Positions 1 to 11,912 of a DNA stretch of 43,383 nt are shown one piece after another. The translations under genes and the position numbers were made by a program. The stretch spans positions 65,312,286 through 65,355,668 of the forward strand of contig NC_068984.1 of assembly GCF_001194135.2 (NCBI RefSeq), written 5' to 3'. The notes beneath the pieces are model-generated. The model was given only the letters and a program-made list of their open reading frames with translations. It was not told where the DNA came from and searched no databases. Every line of letters begins with the position of its first letter. Within the stretch, counting starts at the first letter, position 1. This DNA is from Octopus bimaculoides (taxonomy: Eukaryota).

Positions 1-40
<40 letters not shown>

Positions 41-45
<5 letters not shown>

Positions 46-525
46 ATATTTTGAATTCATTGAATGAAGTACCATAAATCCATTCAAATGTGTTAAAAAT
101 GGAGGAAACAATTTATTAAAATTTATAATTCTTGCAGATGATCTTTTCATACAAAGATATAATAATATGAATTTATGATTGAATTAAATGCAAGCAATAT
201 CATCGTAATCTTCAGTGCAGGAAGGAAAGAAACCATAATACAAGGAACTTAAGGAAGAATAGAGCAGAATATATTGGATCTAGGATTTTTCTGCTCTATT
301 CTTTCTTAAGTTCCTTGTGTTATGGTTTCTTTCTTTCCTACAATGAAGACTATGATGATAGTTATTCAATTTAATTCAATCATGAATTTATTATTTTCAT
401 ATGTTTGTATGAAACTATCGTCTGCAAATTTTAAACTTCTTATGAATTGTAACAACTTGTTTCCTTCATTTTCAATGAATTTGATGGGATTTATGGAACT
501 TCATTTAATATATTCATCATACTAT
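41..525. mobile_element. Foldback/palindromic MITE-like element
   Basis: Arms of about 220 bp are imperfect reverse complements around a 19-nt loop (270-288). For example, GGAAGGAAAGAAACCATAATACAAGGAACTTAAGGAAGAATAGAGCAGAA pairs with TTCTGCTCTATTCTTTCTTAAGTTCCTTGTGTTATGGTTTCTTTCTTTCC. Both flanks are TA-rich; exact ends are approximate. Confidence 0.75.
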
Positions 526-689
526 ATAGAAGTACTACTTTCATATCTCCACAAATTTACGCCAGTAAACTCCCAGCAAAGTATGAAGAATCAATATTAG
601 AAATTCTTTTGGAGAACTCCAATTGAAGGACAAATCCACAATCAATCTTTATACATCTATATTACTATTACTATATATANNNNNNNNNN

Positions 690-1120
690 GAAAGCGAAAT
701 CGTGATGGCACCAGTACCAGTAAATCACTAAGAGCACCGGCTGAGCATGATCGTTGCCAGAACACCAACTGTCTGGCTTTCGTGCCGGTGGCACATAAAT
801 AGCACCATTTGAGCATGACCGTTACCAACGTCGCCTTCCTGGCACTTGTGACAGTGGCACGTGAAAAGATATTCAAGCGAGTTTGTTGCCAGTACCGCTG
901 GACTGGCTCCTGTGCAGGTGGCACGTAAAATACACCATTTCGAGCGTGGCTGTTGCCAGTACCTCCTGACTGGCCTTTGTGCCGGTGGCACATAAAAGCT
1001 ACACATCAGGAAGGTTAGTTCAGCAACAGAAACAATGGCAAAGCAGACAGAGCATAATGATCAGATCCTGTGAAACCATCAACCATGCCAACATGAAATA
1101 CAGATGTTAGATGATGATGA
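690..1120 (+). repeat. Interspersed repeat with about 4 internal ~65-nt subrepeats and an (ATG)n tail
   Basis: Repeated GTGCCGGTGGCACRTAAAA..CACCATTTGAGC motif, ending CATGCCAACATG...GATGATGATGA. The same family recurs at 23947-24320, 25498-25780, 34565-34770 (all -) and 37530-37820 (+). Confidence 0.8.
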
Positions 1121-1122
1121 TA

Positions 1123-1732
1123 TAGGAATGGCTATGTGGTAAGTAGCTTGCTTACCAACCACATGGTTCTGGGTTCAGTCCCACTGTGTGGAACCTTGGG
1201 CAAGTGTCTTCTACTATAACTTCAGGCCGATCAAAGCTTTGTGAGTGGATTCAGTAGATGGAAACTGAAAGAAGCCCATCGTATATATATATATATATAT
1301 ATATATATATNNNNNNNNNNNNNNNNNNNNNNNNNNNNNNNNNNNNNNNNNNNNNNNNNNNNNNNNNNNNNNNNNNNNNNNNNNNNNNNNNNNNNNNNNN
1401 NNNNNNNNNNNNNNNNNNNNNNNNNNNNNNNNNNNNNNNNNNNNNNNNNNNNNNNNNNNNNNNNNNNNNNNNNNNNNNNNNNNNNNNNNNNNNNNNNNNN
1501 NNNNNNNNNNNNNNNNNNNNNATGTACATTTTTGTATGTCAGTGTTAGGTCCCCCACCATTGCTTAACAACCGAAGTTGGTGTGTTTACATCCCTGTAAT
1601 TTAGCAGTTCTGCAAAAGAGACTGATATATTAAGTACTAGGTTTACAAAAGAATAAGTCCTGGAGTTGATTTGTTTGACTGAAGGTGATGCTCCAGCATG
1701 GCCACAGTCAACTGACTGAAACAAATAAAAGA
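1123..1732 (+). mobile_element. tRNA-derived SINE with an internal microsatellite (spans an N gap)
   Basis: Head GGCTATGTGGTAAG...GGGTTCAGTCCCAC has A/B-box-like motifs; central (TA)n; tail GCTCCAGCATGGCCACAGTCAACTGACTGAAACAAATAAAAG. Homologous to 14730-15315. Confidence 0.8.
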
Positions 1733-2239
1733 ATATATATATTGACACAATGCACAGAACACCAATATGGGTTGGAGAGCCATATCTCCTCAAACTTTCA
1801 TTTTGACCAGGTTTCTTATGGTGGGATACTCTTCTTGGTATGTGTGTGCATGCGTGCATGTGTGTCTGTGTGTATACATGAATGGCTGCGTTTGAGAGAG
1901 AGGGAGAGAGAGGGAGAGAGAGAAAGAAAAAGATAGAGACACACACAGAGAATCTTCAAACATGCACAGAGATTTTTTTATTTTTTATATATTTGTGTAT
2001 GATATCTATCTATAGGCAAAAATAACAGTTATGGAGTATTGAACTGAAATATTTTGTAATATTTGGCTCCAGAAAAATTTCATCAAGTTACATGTAACAA
2101 ATCTTTTTGCCATTTCTATGATCAATAAATTATATGCCAGACGATGTCAACTAAATACTTTGAAGGTTGTTAGGTACCCAAATTTGCACACTTACTGAAA
2201 GTAATGAAAATATGAGCAACAACACAGACACACAGACTG

Positions 2240-2270
<31 letters not shown>

Positions 2271-2727
2271 TACTCTCATAAAAACTAGTTTTATTTCAAC
2301 ATACTAGTGTTTCTACATAAATACATACATATATATATATATTTACTCACATAAATTTATACACAAACACACACATATATACTCAAGGTTTTAGATTATA
2401 CTGATATGCATACACATATATTTCACACAAGTCTATTCATTCATACTTGCATATATATATAGGTGTGTATATGTATCTCTATGTGTAAGTATATATAAGT
2501 ATGTATAGATAGACTGTTTTTACTTCAAATTTTTATAATTTTTTACTAATTTTTGCTAAGATGAAATACATTGAAACTGGTAATATTAATATTTTTATTT
2601 ATATAGACTTTTATTAAATTCCCTCTGAAACTGAAATGTCTTAGTCTTAATTCTGTGCTATTTTCACCTCTATCTTTTTTATATAAAAAAAATTTGATTT
2701 GTACAGATCTCTAATCTTGTTTTCAAC

Positions 2728-2760
<33 letters not shown>

Positions 2761-2769
2761 ATATATATA

Positions 2770-3617
2770 CAGGGTGTGGTGAATAATCTGTCGTCTAAAT
2801 TATGCAAAAATGGAAATAACAATGACATCTCATTTTAACAGATATATTTACCAAAATTACATGAAAATATCTTGAAATACTAAGCAGTAACTTTGTTCAA
2901 TGAAATCGCCATTAGCTTCAACCAAAGCTTCTAGGTGACTACGGAATCTCCTGCAACTTTTCTGGATGGTCTCCTTGTTTAAATTGGTGAATGCTTCCAT
3001 AATCCTTGCCTCCAGTTCATCTTTGGTATTACAAGGAGTTTTGTTGGTCTCTCAATCACCTGCACCCCACACATAATAAACAAGGGGTTTGCATTCTGGG
3101 GAGTTAGGTGGCCAGATGTTAGGGGTGATGTGGTTGCAGAAATTGTTTGACAGTCATGACTGGGTTCTCCTGCTTGTGTGGCAGACATAGGGTCTTCCAG
3201 CAGTCACTCTCTTCACCTAGGGCAACACTACCTCCTCCAGGCACTTGATGTAGGCCTCTGTGTTGAGTCTGAAGCCATGTGAGAAGATAAATGGAGGCAT
3301 AATGTAGCCATCACTAGTTATCACTCCAACCACCATGATGCTGACTGAATGTTTTATTTTTATCACTCTTAATACATGTCCTCAGATTGCACACTCCGGA
3401 GATTGACACCCAAACTCTCTGAAATGTTCATATTGGAGCTTCTGGTGTGAATGCTAAGCAGTACAGTATGTCATTTCCAAATTTCTGGTGCTGTTTCTCT
3501 CACAGATGGTGCCCAACTGACCCTACTATACTGTGTAGTCAACAAACTCAAAAATAAACAATGCACATGCACGAAATTAAAAATATAAAATAGTGACAAT
3601 TTACCCATCGCATCATG
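2770..3617 (-). mobile_element. Internally deleted Tc1/mariner-superfamily DNA transposon (maT/DD37D-like), non-functional
   Basis: TA on both sides and imperfect TIRs (CAGGGTGTGGTGAATAATCTGTC / GACAATTTACCCATCGCATCATG). Minus-strand remnant: IMVVGVITSDGYIMPPFIF...RPYV-CHTSRRTQ...IWPPNSPECKPLVYYVW...LEALVEANGDFIE, plus an N-terminal HTH fragment near 3400-3500. Confidence 0.88.
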
Positions 3618-3860
3618 TATATACTTTCATTCATCTGCATATATAAACTATTTCAGCACAGAAAATAGATCAATTAATACAGAGACATATGGATAGCTGG
3701 ATGGTGTTTTCAATAATCTAAAAAATTCATTATACATATTGCTGCATAAATTGTATTTGCTTTCATAACCATGCATAAATATATACATATTCATAGTTCT
3801 TTCTTTATTTAAATAAAATTTAATATCTATCTATATATATGTACATATATATATATATGG

Positions 3861-3892
<32 letters not shown>

Positions 3893-5031
3893 GTGTGTGT
3901 ACATTAGTCTTTCTATAGATATAAGGCAGAAAAATAAGTTGTATGTACAAGGGACCTTTATGCAATATTTTCCCTAAGTAAGGAAACTAAGACAATGGAC
4001 TACCTAATAGTAAAGTGAATATATATTTTGTAATTTCATTCCTTACATGTCGTTATTATGTTATTAAAAAAAAAAAAGGAGAGAAAGGTGAATATTCTTT
4101 TTCATGGTGAATGAACAGCTTAAAGTCACGTGAAGTCACTGAAATATGAAAAAGAGGAAGAGAGAGAAAATGAAAGCAGGGGAATGAAAGAAAGACAGAG
4201 GAAATGACTTAGGAATGGATGTAGAATTTTTGATGTTGAGAGATGAAAAATGTGGAATAAAAGCCTGATAAGGATAGGAGAATAGGGGTGGGAAAAAATG
4301 GTTTTCAGCTAAGAGAGAATTTATACAGGAAAGAACCTCAGTCAGTTGTGCTACTAATGTCTTACAGTAACAAAAACTACTGCCTTCATAGAGATCTATT
4401 AATACCGAAGCTGAAGTAACTACAATTACTCCTATCATTATATTTTTACTAACAGCACTACTATGACTATTTGATTTCCAGTATCAAACAACAGAACATC
4501 ACAAGCATTGCTGCACAACATTCACATTAGCAAGTATGGAACTAATACTGCTTCTACCACATTCAGCTATTCTGATTTATTCTTATATCTTTATTACATT
4601 TCTGAAAATGTAGACGACAGGCACAAACTACTCATAACACATGAATTTATTGATTATCGTCATCTGTAGAAGCTAACAGAGGCCTCACCATCCGCAGTAG
4701 CGACAGCATTGATAGAAAATAGTGAATACTCTATGAGATATTAGTATGCAATATCATAGAACGAAGAGCGTGGGAGGTTGGTATTCTAGCTGTTGCATAT
4801 TTAAGCAAAGGTAAAATATCACAATAGAAAGCAAAAGAATCCTGTTAATTTTAATAATACGTGTAGTGTATGTATGTATTTATATATGTATGTGTGTGTA
4901 TGTGCTATTATATATACTTCATATATATGTATGTGTGCATGAGAGAGTATACCATGCATATATATATATAAATATGTGTGTGGATATACGTGTGTGTGTA
5001 TACAAATACTTATATGTATATAAATAAATAA

Positions 5032-5068
<37 letters not shown>

Positions 5069-5777
5069 NNNNNNNNNNNNNNNNNNNNNNNNNNNNNNNN
5101 NNNNNNNNNNNNNNNNNNNNNNNNNNNNNNNNNNNNNNNNNNNNNNNNNNNNNNNNNNNNNNNNNNNNNNNNNNNNNNNNNNNNNNNNNNNNNNNNNNNN
5201 NNNNNNNNNNNNNNNNNNNNNNNNNNNNNNNNNNNNNNNNNNNNNNNNNNNNNNNNNNNNNNNNNNNNNNNNNNNNNNNNNNNNNNNNNNNNNNNNNNNN
5301 NNNNNNNNNNNNNNNNNNNNNNNNNNNNNNNNNNNNNNNNNNNNNNNNNNNNNNNNNNNNNNNNNNNNNNNNNNNNNNNNNNNNNNNNNNNNNNNNNNNN
5401 NNNNNNNNNNNNNNNNNNNNNNNNNNNNNNNNNNNNNNNNNNNNNNNNNNNNNNNNNNNNNNNNNNNNNNNNNNNNNNNNNNNNNNNNNNNNNNNNNNNN
5501 NNNNNNNNNNNNNNNNNNNNNNNNNNNNNNNNNNNNNNNNNNNNNNNNNNNNNNNNNNNNNNNNNNNNNNNNNNNNNNNNNNNNNNNNNNNNNNNNNNNN
5601 NNNNNNNNNNNNNNNNNNNNNNNNNNNNNNNNNNNNNNNNNNNNNNNNNNNNNNNNNNNNNNNNNNNNNNNNNNNNNNNNNNNNNNNNNNNNNNNNNNNN
5701 NNNNNNNNNNNNNNNNNNNNNNNNNNNNNNNNNNNNNNNNNNNNNNNNNNNNNNNNNNNNNNNNNNNNNNNNNNNNN
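5069..5777. other. Assembly gap, 709 N (other gaps: 680-689, 1311-1520, 33201-33210)
   Basis: Runs of N, each flanked by TA repeats. Confidence 1.
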
Positions 5778-5799
5778 TATATATATGTATATATACACA

Positions 5800-5940
5800 C
5801 ACACAACATGCGTGCGTGTGTGAACAGCTTCTTCAGTTTCCAAAAACCCAAACCTCCTTTCACACTGTATCGGTCCATAGTAAAAGCACTTGCCTAAGGT
5901 TATTGCACAATCGAATCAGCTCCAGGAACATGTTGTAGAA
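5800..5940 (-). mobile_element. Partial SINE (same family as 1123-1732), 5' half
   Basis: CTTCTTCAGTTTCC...AAAGCACTTGCCTAAGG is the reverse complement of the SINE head and body. Confidence 0.6.
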
Positions 5941-6421
5941 AAGTAAGTACACATGCACACAAGCACACACACATATATATATAACTGTCTGTATATAGGT
6001 TGGCCTTTCATCATATCCATATTTCTGATTTATTTAATGCAGCTCAAGTTATTTGATTTATATTTCAGTTACCATATTGATCACATGTTTAGGATTATAG
6101 AGTATTTCTGTTCATAAGTTTCTTCACAATCATATTGAAATTGAAGATGGTATACAATTATGATGAATATTGTACAGAATTTAATAAATTCGCTTTTATT
6201 TTCTGCAATAAAATCAGTTTTACATCTTGTTATATTTAGAGATGTAGTCATGTTTATATTATTGTTGGTGATACACTTCAATAAAATGACAAATTATGGG
6301 GAATACAATGAATTATTATCATTATCTCTGAATGTACTTGCATATATTCAAATATTTATTTTTCTAATTCCTCAACATTGCAATCTGTTTAACTAATATG
6401 TGTGCGTATGTGTGTGTGTGT

Positions 6422-6459
<38 letters not shown>

Positions 6460-6722
6460 GCGAAGGAGAGAGAGAGAGAGTAATTATGTGCACAACCACA
6501 GATTCACAATTATAGGAGACAATTCTTTTAGACGGGAACATTTTACTGTTTATGTTCTGTATAATATATGTATGCCTATCATGTATGAAAAATTACATAG
6601 TACATGAGAGTGGTAGATAAAATCAAAGCTAATTTTCGTATGAGAAAGAGTATGAGTAAATGTCCTTGAAACACAAATTGAAGTTCTAAATAATGAACCA
6701 AAACTGGATATTACATTCTTTC

Positions 6723-6950
6723 TTCACCTTTTTGTGCCTGTATTTTCTTTGAAATGCAATGCCTTTGTTTTAATTAATTCTGAAAATTACAAAGAATTAG
6801 TCAAATAATTTGTCATTATAAATATGGTCTGTGAAACATATATGAACGTGAAATTTTGATGAAAGGGTTTAGTTTAAATCACTTTAAAACAAGTTTCTAT
6901 TATAGACCTACTAATAACAGTCTTGGGCAAATTGGTATCAAAAGAGTTAA
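6723..6950 (-). mobile_element. TTAA-flanked short non-autonomous element (piggyBac-like MITE), copy 1
   Basis: Reverse complement starts TTAACTCTTTTGATACCAA and ends AAAAGGTGAA; aligns by eye along its length with 39920-40148. Confidence 0.6.
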
Positions 6951-9932
6951 TGAAATATAAAATCAAGAGTCACTACAAATAAATGTTTCTGCTCTCATCA
7001 ACCACACAAAGGCTCATGTTTGATCACTAGCATTCATTTTTAAAAATATAATCAGCGAGAGCACATAGCAAATAGCCATTAAGATATATCAAAAAGTCAC
7101 TAAGCAAAGAATTCTCGAAACACTAACAACATCTTACTACAAACCTTCTGCATTGAATTACACAACCTAATTCTCTCTGTCTTAAACCACAGAATTAATA
7201 TTTTGAAATTATCATTTTTATCTATCAATAAATTTTATAGACAACTAATATTACTACACAGCATTTTTTCCTTCCTTAACTTTTTAGAAATCAAGTAGAC
7301 CTATTTACAGTATTGTTTCATGACTATATTACATATTTTCCCATTTGCTTACATTTCCATAATATACTGACTGTCAAACAAAATAAGCAGAAGTTTTGAA
7401 AACAATTATGACCACTTATTCACTCACACATCACCTCCACCAAAATAATAATGCTAAGGACTGCAATTTCAAAGATAATATATCTTTGGTGCAGAGATGT
7501 GAATTAAGAGTTTTATGAGGATATTGTCTAGACTGTGCTTTTATCACAAAGAAATATAATTTATGTAACAGCCATTCCTGCTGACTGCTTTATAAGTAGA
7601 ATTTTCTCTGCTGACAACTATTAGCATTATATTGAACAACATAACAATGTGATATTCATTCATTTTGAAATTGGCCCATAATTCTGTTGTTTTTCTCTCT
7701 TATCTCTATAGAATATTGTGATCAGTTCTGATTTGTTAACTTGTAATATTACCTGGTTTCTAGCATCAGTTGAGAATTAGTTGAAATACTAGGATTATCT
7801 AGATAAATGCAATCACATTTCTGTTTCAAGTTGTCCACATTTGCATATGGTAACTAATACAATCTACAGTATTAAAAAGTAAGAAACATATACATGCACT
7901 GTATATCTGCTTTATTTTACATCTATCTGAAAGTTCTTTATTCCAGAAGTTTAAAAATCTCAGATTGAATTTTCATTTTTATTTTTTTATTTCAGAAAAA
8001 TGATATTGATCTGGTTTAGGCTGACAATTCATTTATAAAAGTGCATATGCACATGCACATACACATACCATGCACACACAGCTGGTGTTCTATTTGATGT
8101 CACCCTTTCAAACAGGAAAGCTATGATATCATCTTACAATTCAGGCAAATATCATCAAAACAACTTCAATGGTGTGTCTGTGTAGGGGTAAAATTATTAT
8201 GGCAATTGTATAATTTCAGAGTTCTGTAAACAATAACTTTAGCGCAAATTACAACTCAGATCTATATTTTTGGTTGAATATAACATTAGTTTAGCAGGTT
8301 TAAAGCAGCATCAATTCACTGAAATATACATTTGCAAGTTAGTATTTCATTGAATTTATTTAAATTTGAATATTTTCAATTCATAAGAAGCAATAAGGAA
8401 AACATACTTTTGCTTTAACTGTGAAACTATGTACAATAATTTATTATCAGAAACACCTTTAACTAACATATGACACCTCCTCTAGTTTCAGAAAGAACCA
8501 TTAACATTAATGTAATAAAATGAATAAAAACAATATAGAAATCAACGATGCCTAATGCAAACATTGCAGATTTGACAATAAATAATGCTAAATAATATTT
8601 TATGTATTGCTCTATCAATTTGGTATCTCATTTTTGTTTTTGTTTTTTCAAAAGACCTTGAACACATCAAAGTTACTATTCAAACCCCACAACAAGCAAA
8701 ATATCAATATAACATGACTTGAAACATAAACTAGGAAGTGGCAAGTTTGGAATGATTGATAACCAGTATAGATATAAGTGGAATTTGGTGTAAGATATAT
8801 GATATGAAAAGAAAACATTGAGAAGCAATGTCATATTTCATAGATGTTACTCCTAAAGAAAGAGATAAAATAAAGCATTTTTCATGGCAACTTGGCTTCA
8901 GAAAGTGTAATATGAAATAAGGAAAATGCAAAGATAGTATGTTTTCCTCACGGGGTTTTAAATATATGAATGTGACAAGAAAAGAGGAGAGATGAGAAGT
9001 TCATTGAAACCACTCATGCACACAGTGAAGTATAAAATTTGCTTATGTTCAAATACAAATACATCAAGGTGGCAAATTCTGGCAATGAGAAGAGAAATGG
9101 AAGATAGGCTTGTAGAATAAAATCAAAATAAACCAAGAAAAATTATGAACAAAATACCTTAGACTGATCTAACATATCCTGATTTAGAAACAGATAATCA
9201 AATACAAAATAAGAAAATCCTTAACAAGATGATATAGGAATTGGGAGTTTATAGAACAATCTATAACTTAGCATGGAAACATGACCTTTAAAGTGTGAGT
9301 AATCATGTTCAACCATCAAATTCTTAAATGTTTTGGTGCTCAGGCAAACAAGTTAGCTACTGATATAATAGTAATACAGATAAACTGAATGTTTAAGATA
9401 TAATTTTAGTAAATTTACAAAACAGAACGTACCATTGCAATATATTTTTTCTACTTGTTTTTATATCAAAACCGACAATTATTTGTGATATTTCAGTTTT
9501 TGAATGAGGCTGTCTTGTGAACTACTAAAAGACATTACTGGATTCTTTCAAATGTATGGAGGAACAATTGTTCATGAATACATGTTTAAAGAAATAAATA
9601 AATGCAAATTAGGACAAAATACAAAAATTGGTCTTTTCCACTTAACTAAATTTCTGAAACTGTAAATCTCGTCAAATGCACAAACACCAAAATGTCCTTA
9701 TCATTATTCTACATATGCTATCCATGCTAGCATGGGTTGGATAGGTAGTATTCCAAAATATACAATCCAAACAGCATTACTTTTCCACATGGTCTGTACA
9801 AACACAATACACTTGTTCAAATCAAAAGTGAGTTGCATTACATATAAGGTGAGTTGCATTACATGCCCAAATACTGTTTTAGGTTGTTAGCCACACTAAT
9901 GCATAACAAAGAACCAAGTGCATGTACCAAAT

Positions 9933-10010
9933 ATAACCATCTTACTAACTTCCACAATAACCATCTTACTAACTTCCACAATAACCATCTTACTAACTTC
10001 CACAATAACC
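9933..10010 (+). repeat. Perfect 24-bp tandem repeat x3.25
   Basis: ATAACCATCTTACTAACTTCCACA at 9933, 9957 and 9981, plus a partial ATAACC. Confidence 0.97.
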
Positions 10011-11731
10011 CTTACAACAATTACATAAGAAAAAGCCATTACTACCTGTATTCCACACAACAAAGTATTCCATTTTACATTGAAACATAGACTACGAAAA
10101 CTGTATGCAATTTTTTTTTTTTATCTCTACAGTGTTTATACATTAAATAAATTTATAGTAATGAACTTTAAATTGCTGACTCCCGCAAGGAAAACACCAC
10201 AGGAAATACAATTTGTCACAAAAATAGTAAATACATTGAGCTAAACAAGAATAAGAAATAGTCATTTGAAAAATGAATGAGTAGTCAGGTCAAACTTCCC
10301 TTCAATCCATATTATGGAATACAAAGTTATTTACATGCAAACATGTGCACAGCAGTCACTCATATGTCTCTTCATTGCAGAACATACATCCTCTCACACA
10401 GCCAAACATTTTGCAATTTGTGAAGCAGCAAATACTTTATACACAAACGATTAACATAAATAGTATAACTATAATTCATTCTTTGTCAACTGAAAATAGC
10501 ATTAATTTGATTTCTTGGTAAACTCACCCTAATTTAACCAGGTTTTCATTGATTGTGAAATGATTAATATGCATAATTTATGTAATAATTGGCAACATCT
10601 CATAAAATATAAGAAACATTGTTTAAAGAAATCCAGTGACATTTGAGAGATAACTTCTCACCAAGAAACCTAAACTGTAAATATTTTCATTGCTTAACCT
10701 AAAAGGTCATCAGCATGACAAAAAAAGGAACGTTTGAGATGTTTGTATGCAAAGAAATACACAAAATTATGTAGCTGTTAGCATCAAGCATCAAACATGA
10801 GCATCTTGGAATTTCATCTTGTTAGAATATTCAATTAGTTTAGAAGATTAGATTTTATTTTTGTTTACATGATAAATTTTGATGCTGATATTTGTAAAGT
10901 TTGTTGAATTATTGGTTTTCATACGGAAAAGGTTTATCATTTAACTGTGGGATCTTTCTCTAAATAAATATATTTCCTAGCCAGCAGATGGAATGACGTT
11001 CCATAAAGTATAAAATATTAATATTTAAGATATTATTTTTTGATCGAGCAAATAACTTCACAACATCAGCATCTAACCCAGAGCTGCAGTAACAGAGCAG
11101 CATTTCAGTAATTACCTTATGTGCTGAATATAGAGTAAAGATATCTCAGCAGAAACTTGTATTCATAAAAGCAAATCTTGAAAAATATATAACAGGATGT
11201 ACATCTTTATTGAAAGTGGTATCTTAACTACAACATTCTATTGTGTATGTGTCTGAATTTTATATTTTCACTTTATATTTTAACCTTTCTGAACATCTAG
11301 GTGAACAAACAAACACAAGTCACCTTTATGAAAGGGATTTCAACGATAGTTATTAAACAAAGTATCTCAGACAAAGAGCTCAGTCTTTGAAAGTTAGATT
11401 CCATTCCTCCTCATAATGGCTATATTTTGTATTCTGTATACTCTGAAGTATATAAAGGATATCTATTGTGTTGAAAATTAAAATTGTTGATTTGGAATAA
11501 CAATGATCTTTGTTAAACATACCTAATCTGTTGTGAAGCAAAATTACTTATTGAGGCAGCATATCTGATAATAGGATTGCTAAGTATAATATGTACACAT
11601 TTAGTGTGGGATGATATATACAATTTGATGTGGAATATGTAAAAGTAAATATATTTATTATTAAAAATATTTCAGAAAAGAAAAGAGAGAAATATGACGC
11701 AAGACTAAAAAAGTTGGTCATTTAACTGTAT

Positions 11732-11912
11732 TAGGACAAATACCCCCCATATAGGACAATTTCCCCCAACGACAACTATCCCCTAAGACAATTAACCCCC
11801 TTGGTTAATTATCCCCTCTCTAATATATTAAGAAGATTTTAATCATTATCTGTTGCCCTCAGGGGTTATTGCCATCGGTGGAGGGTTATTGTCCATGGGG
11901 ATAATGTTCTAG
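11732..11912. mobile_element. MITE-like element with inverted arrays of a GGACAAT(T)ACCCC motif
   Basis: Five forward copies (ggacaaatacccccc, ggacaatttccccc, gacaactatcccc, gacaattaaccccc, gttaattatcccc) and three inverted copies (ggggttattgcc, gggttattgtcc, ggggataatgttc) flank an AT-rich spacer. Confidence 0.6.

Noticed and set aside
1214-5878. Long ORFs in the track at 1214-1570 and 4819-5878
   Set aside because: They consist of N gaps and TA/GT microsatellites.
9933-10010. CRISPR-like array
   Set aside because: Contiguous tandem units with no spacers, in eukaryotic DNA.
11676-11725. Possible + strand terminal exon (KKREKYDARLKKLVI*)
   Set aside because: Short, the acceptor is A-rich, and no partner exons were found.
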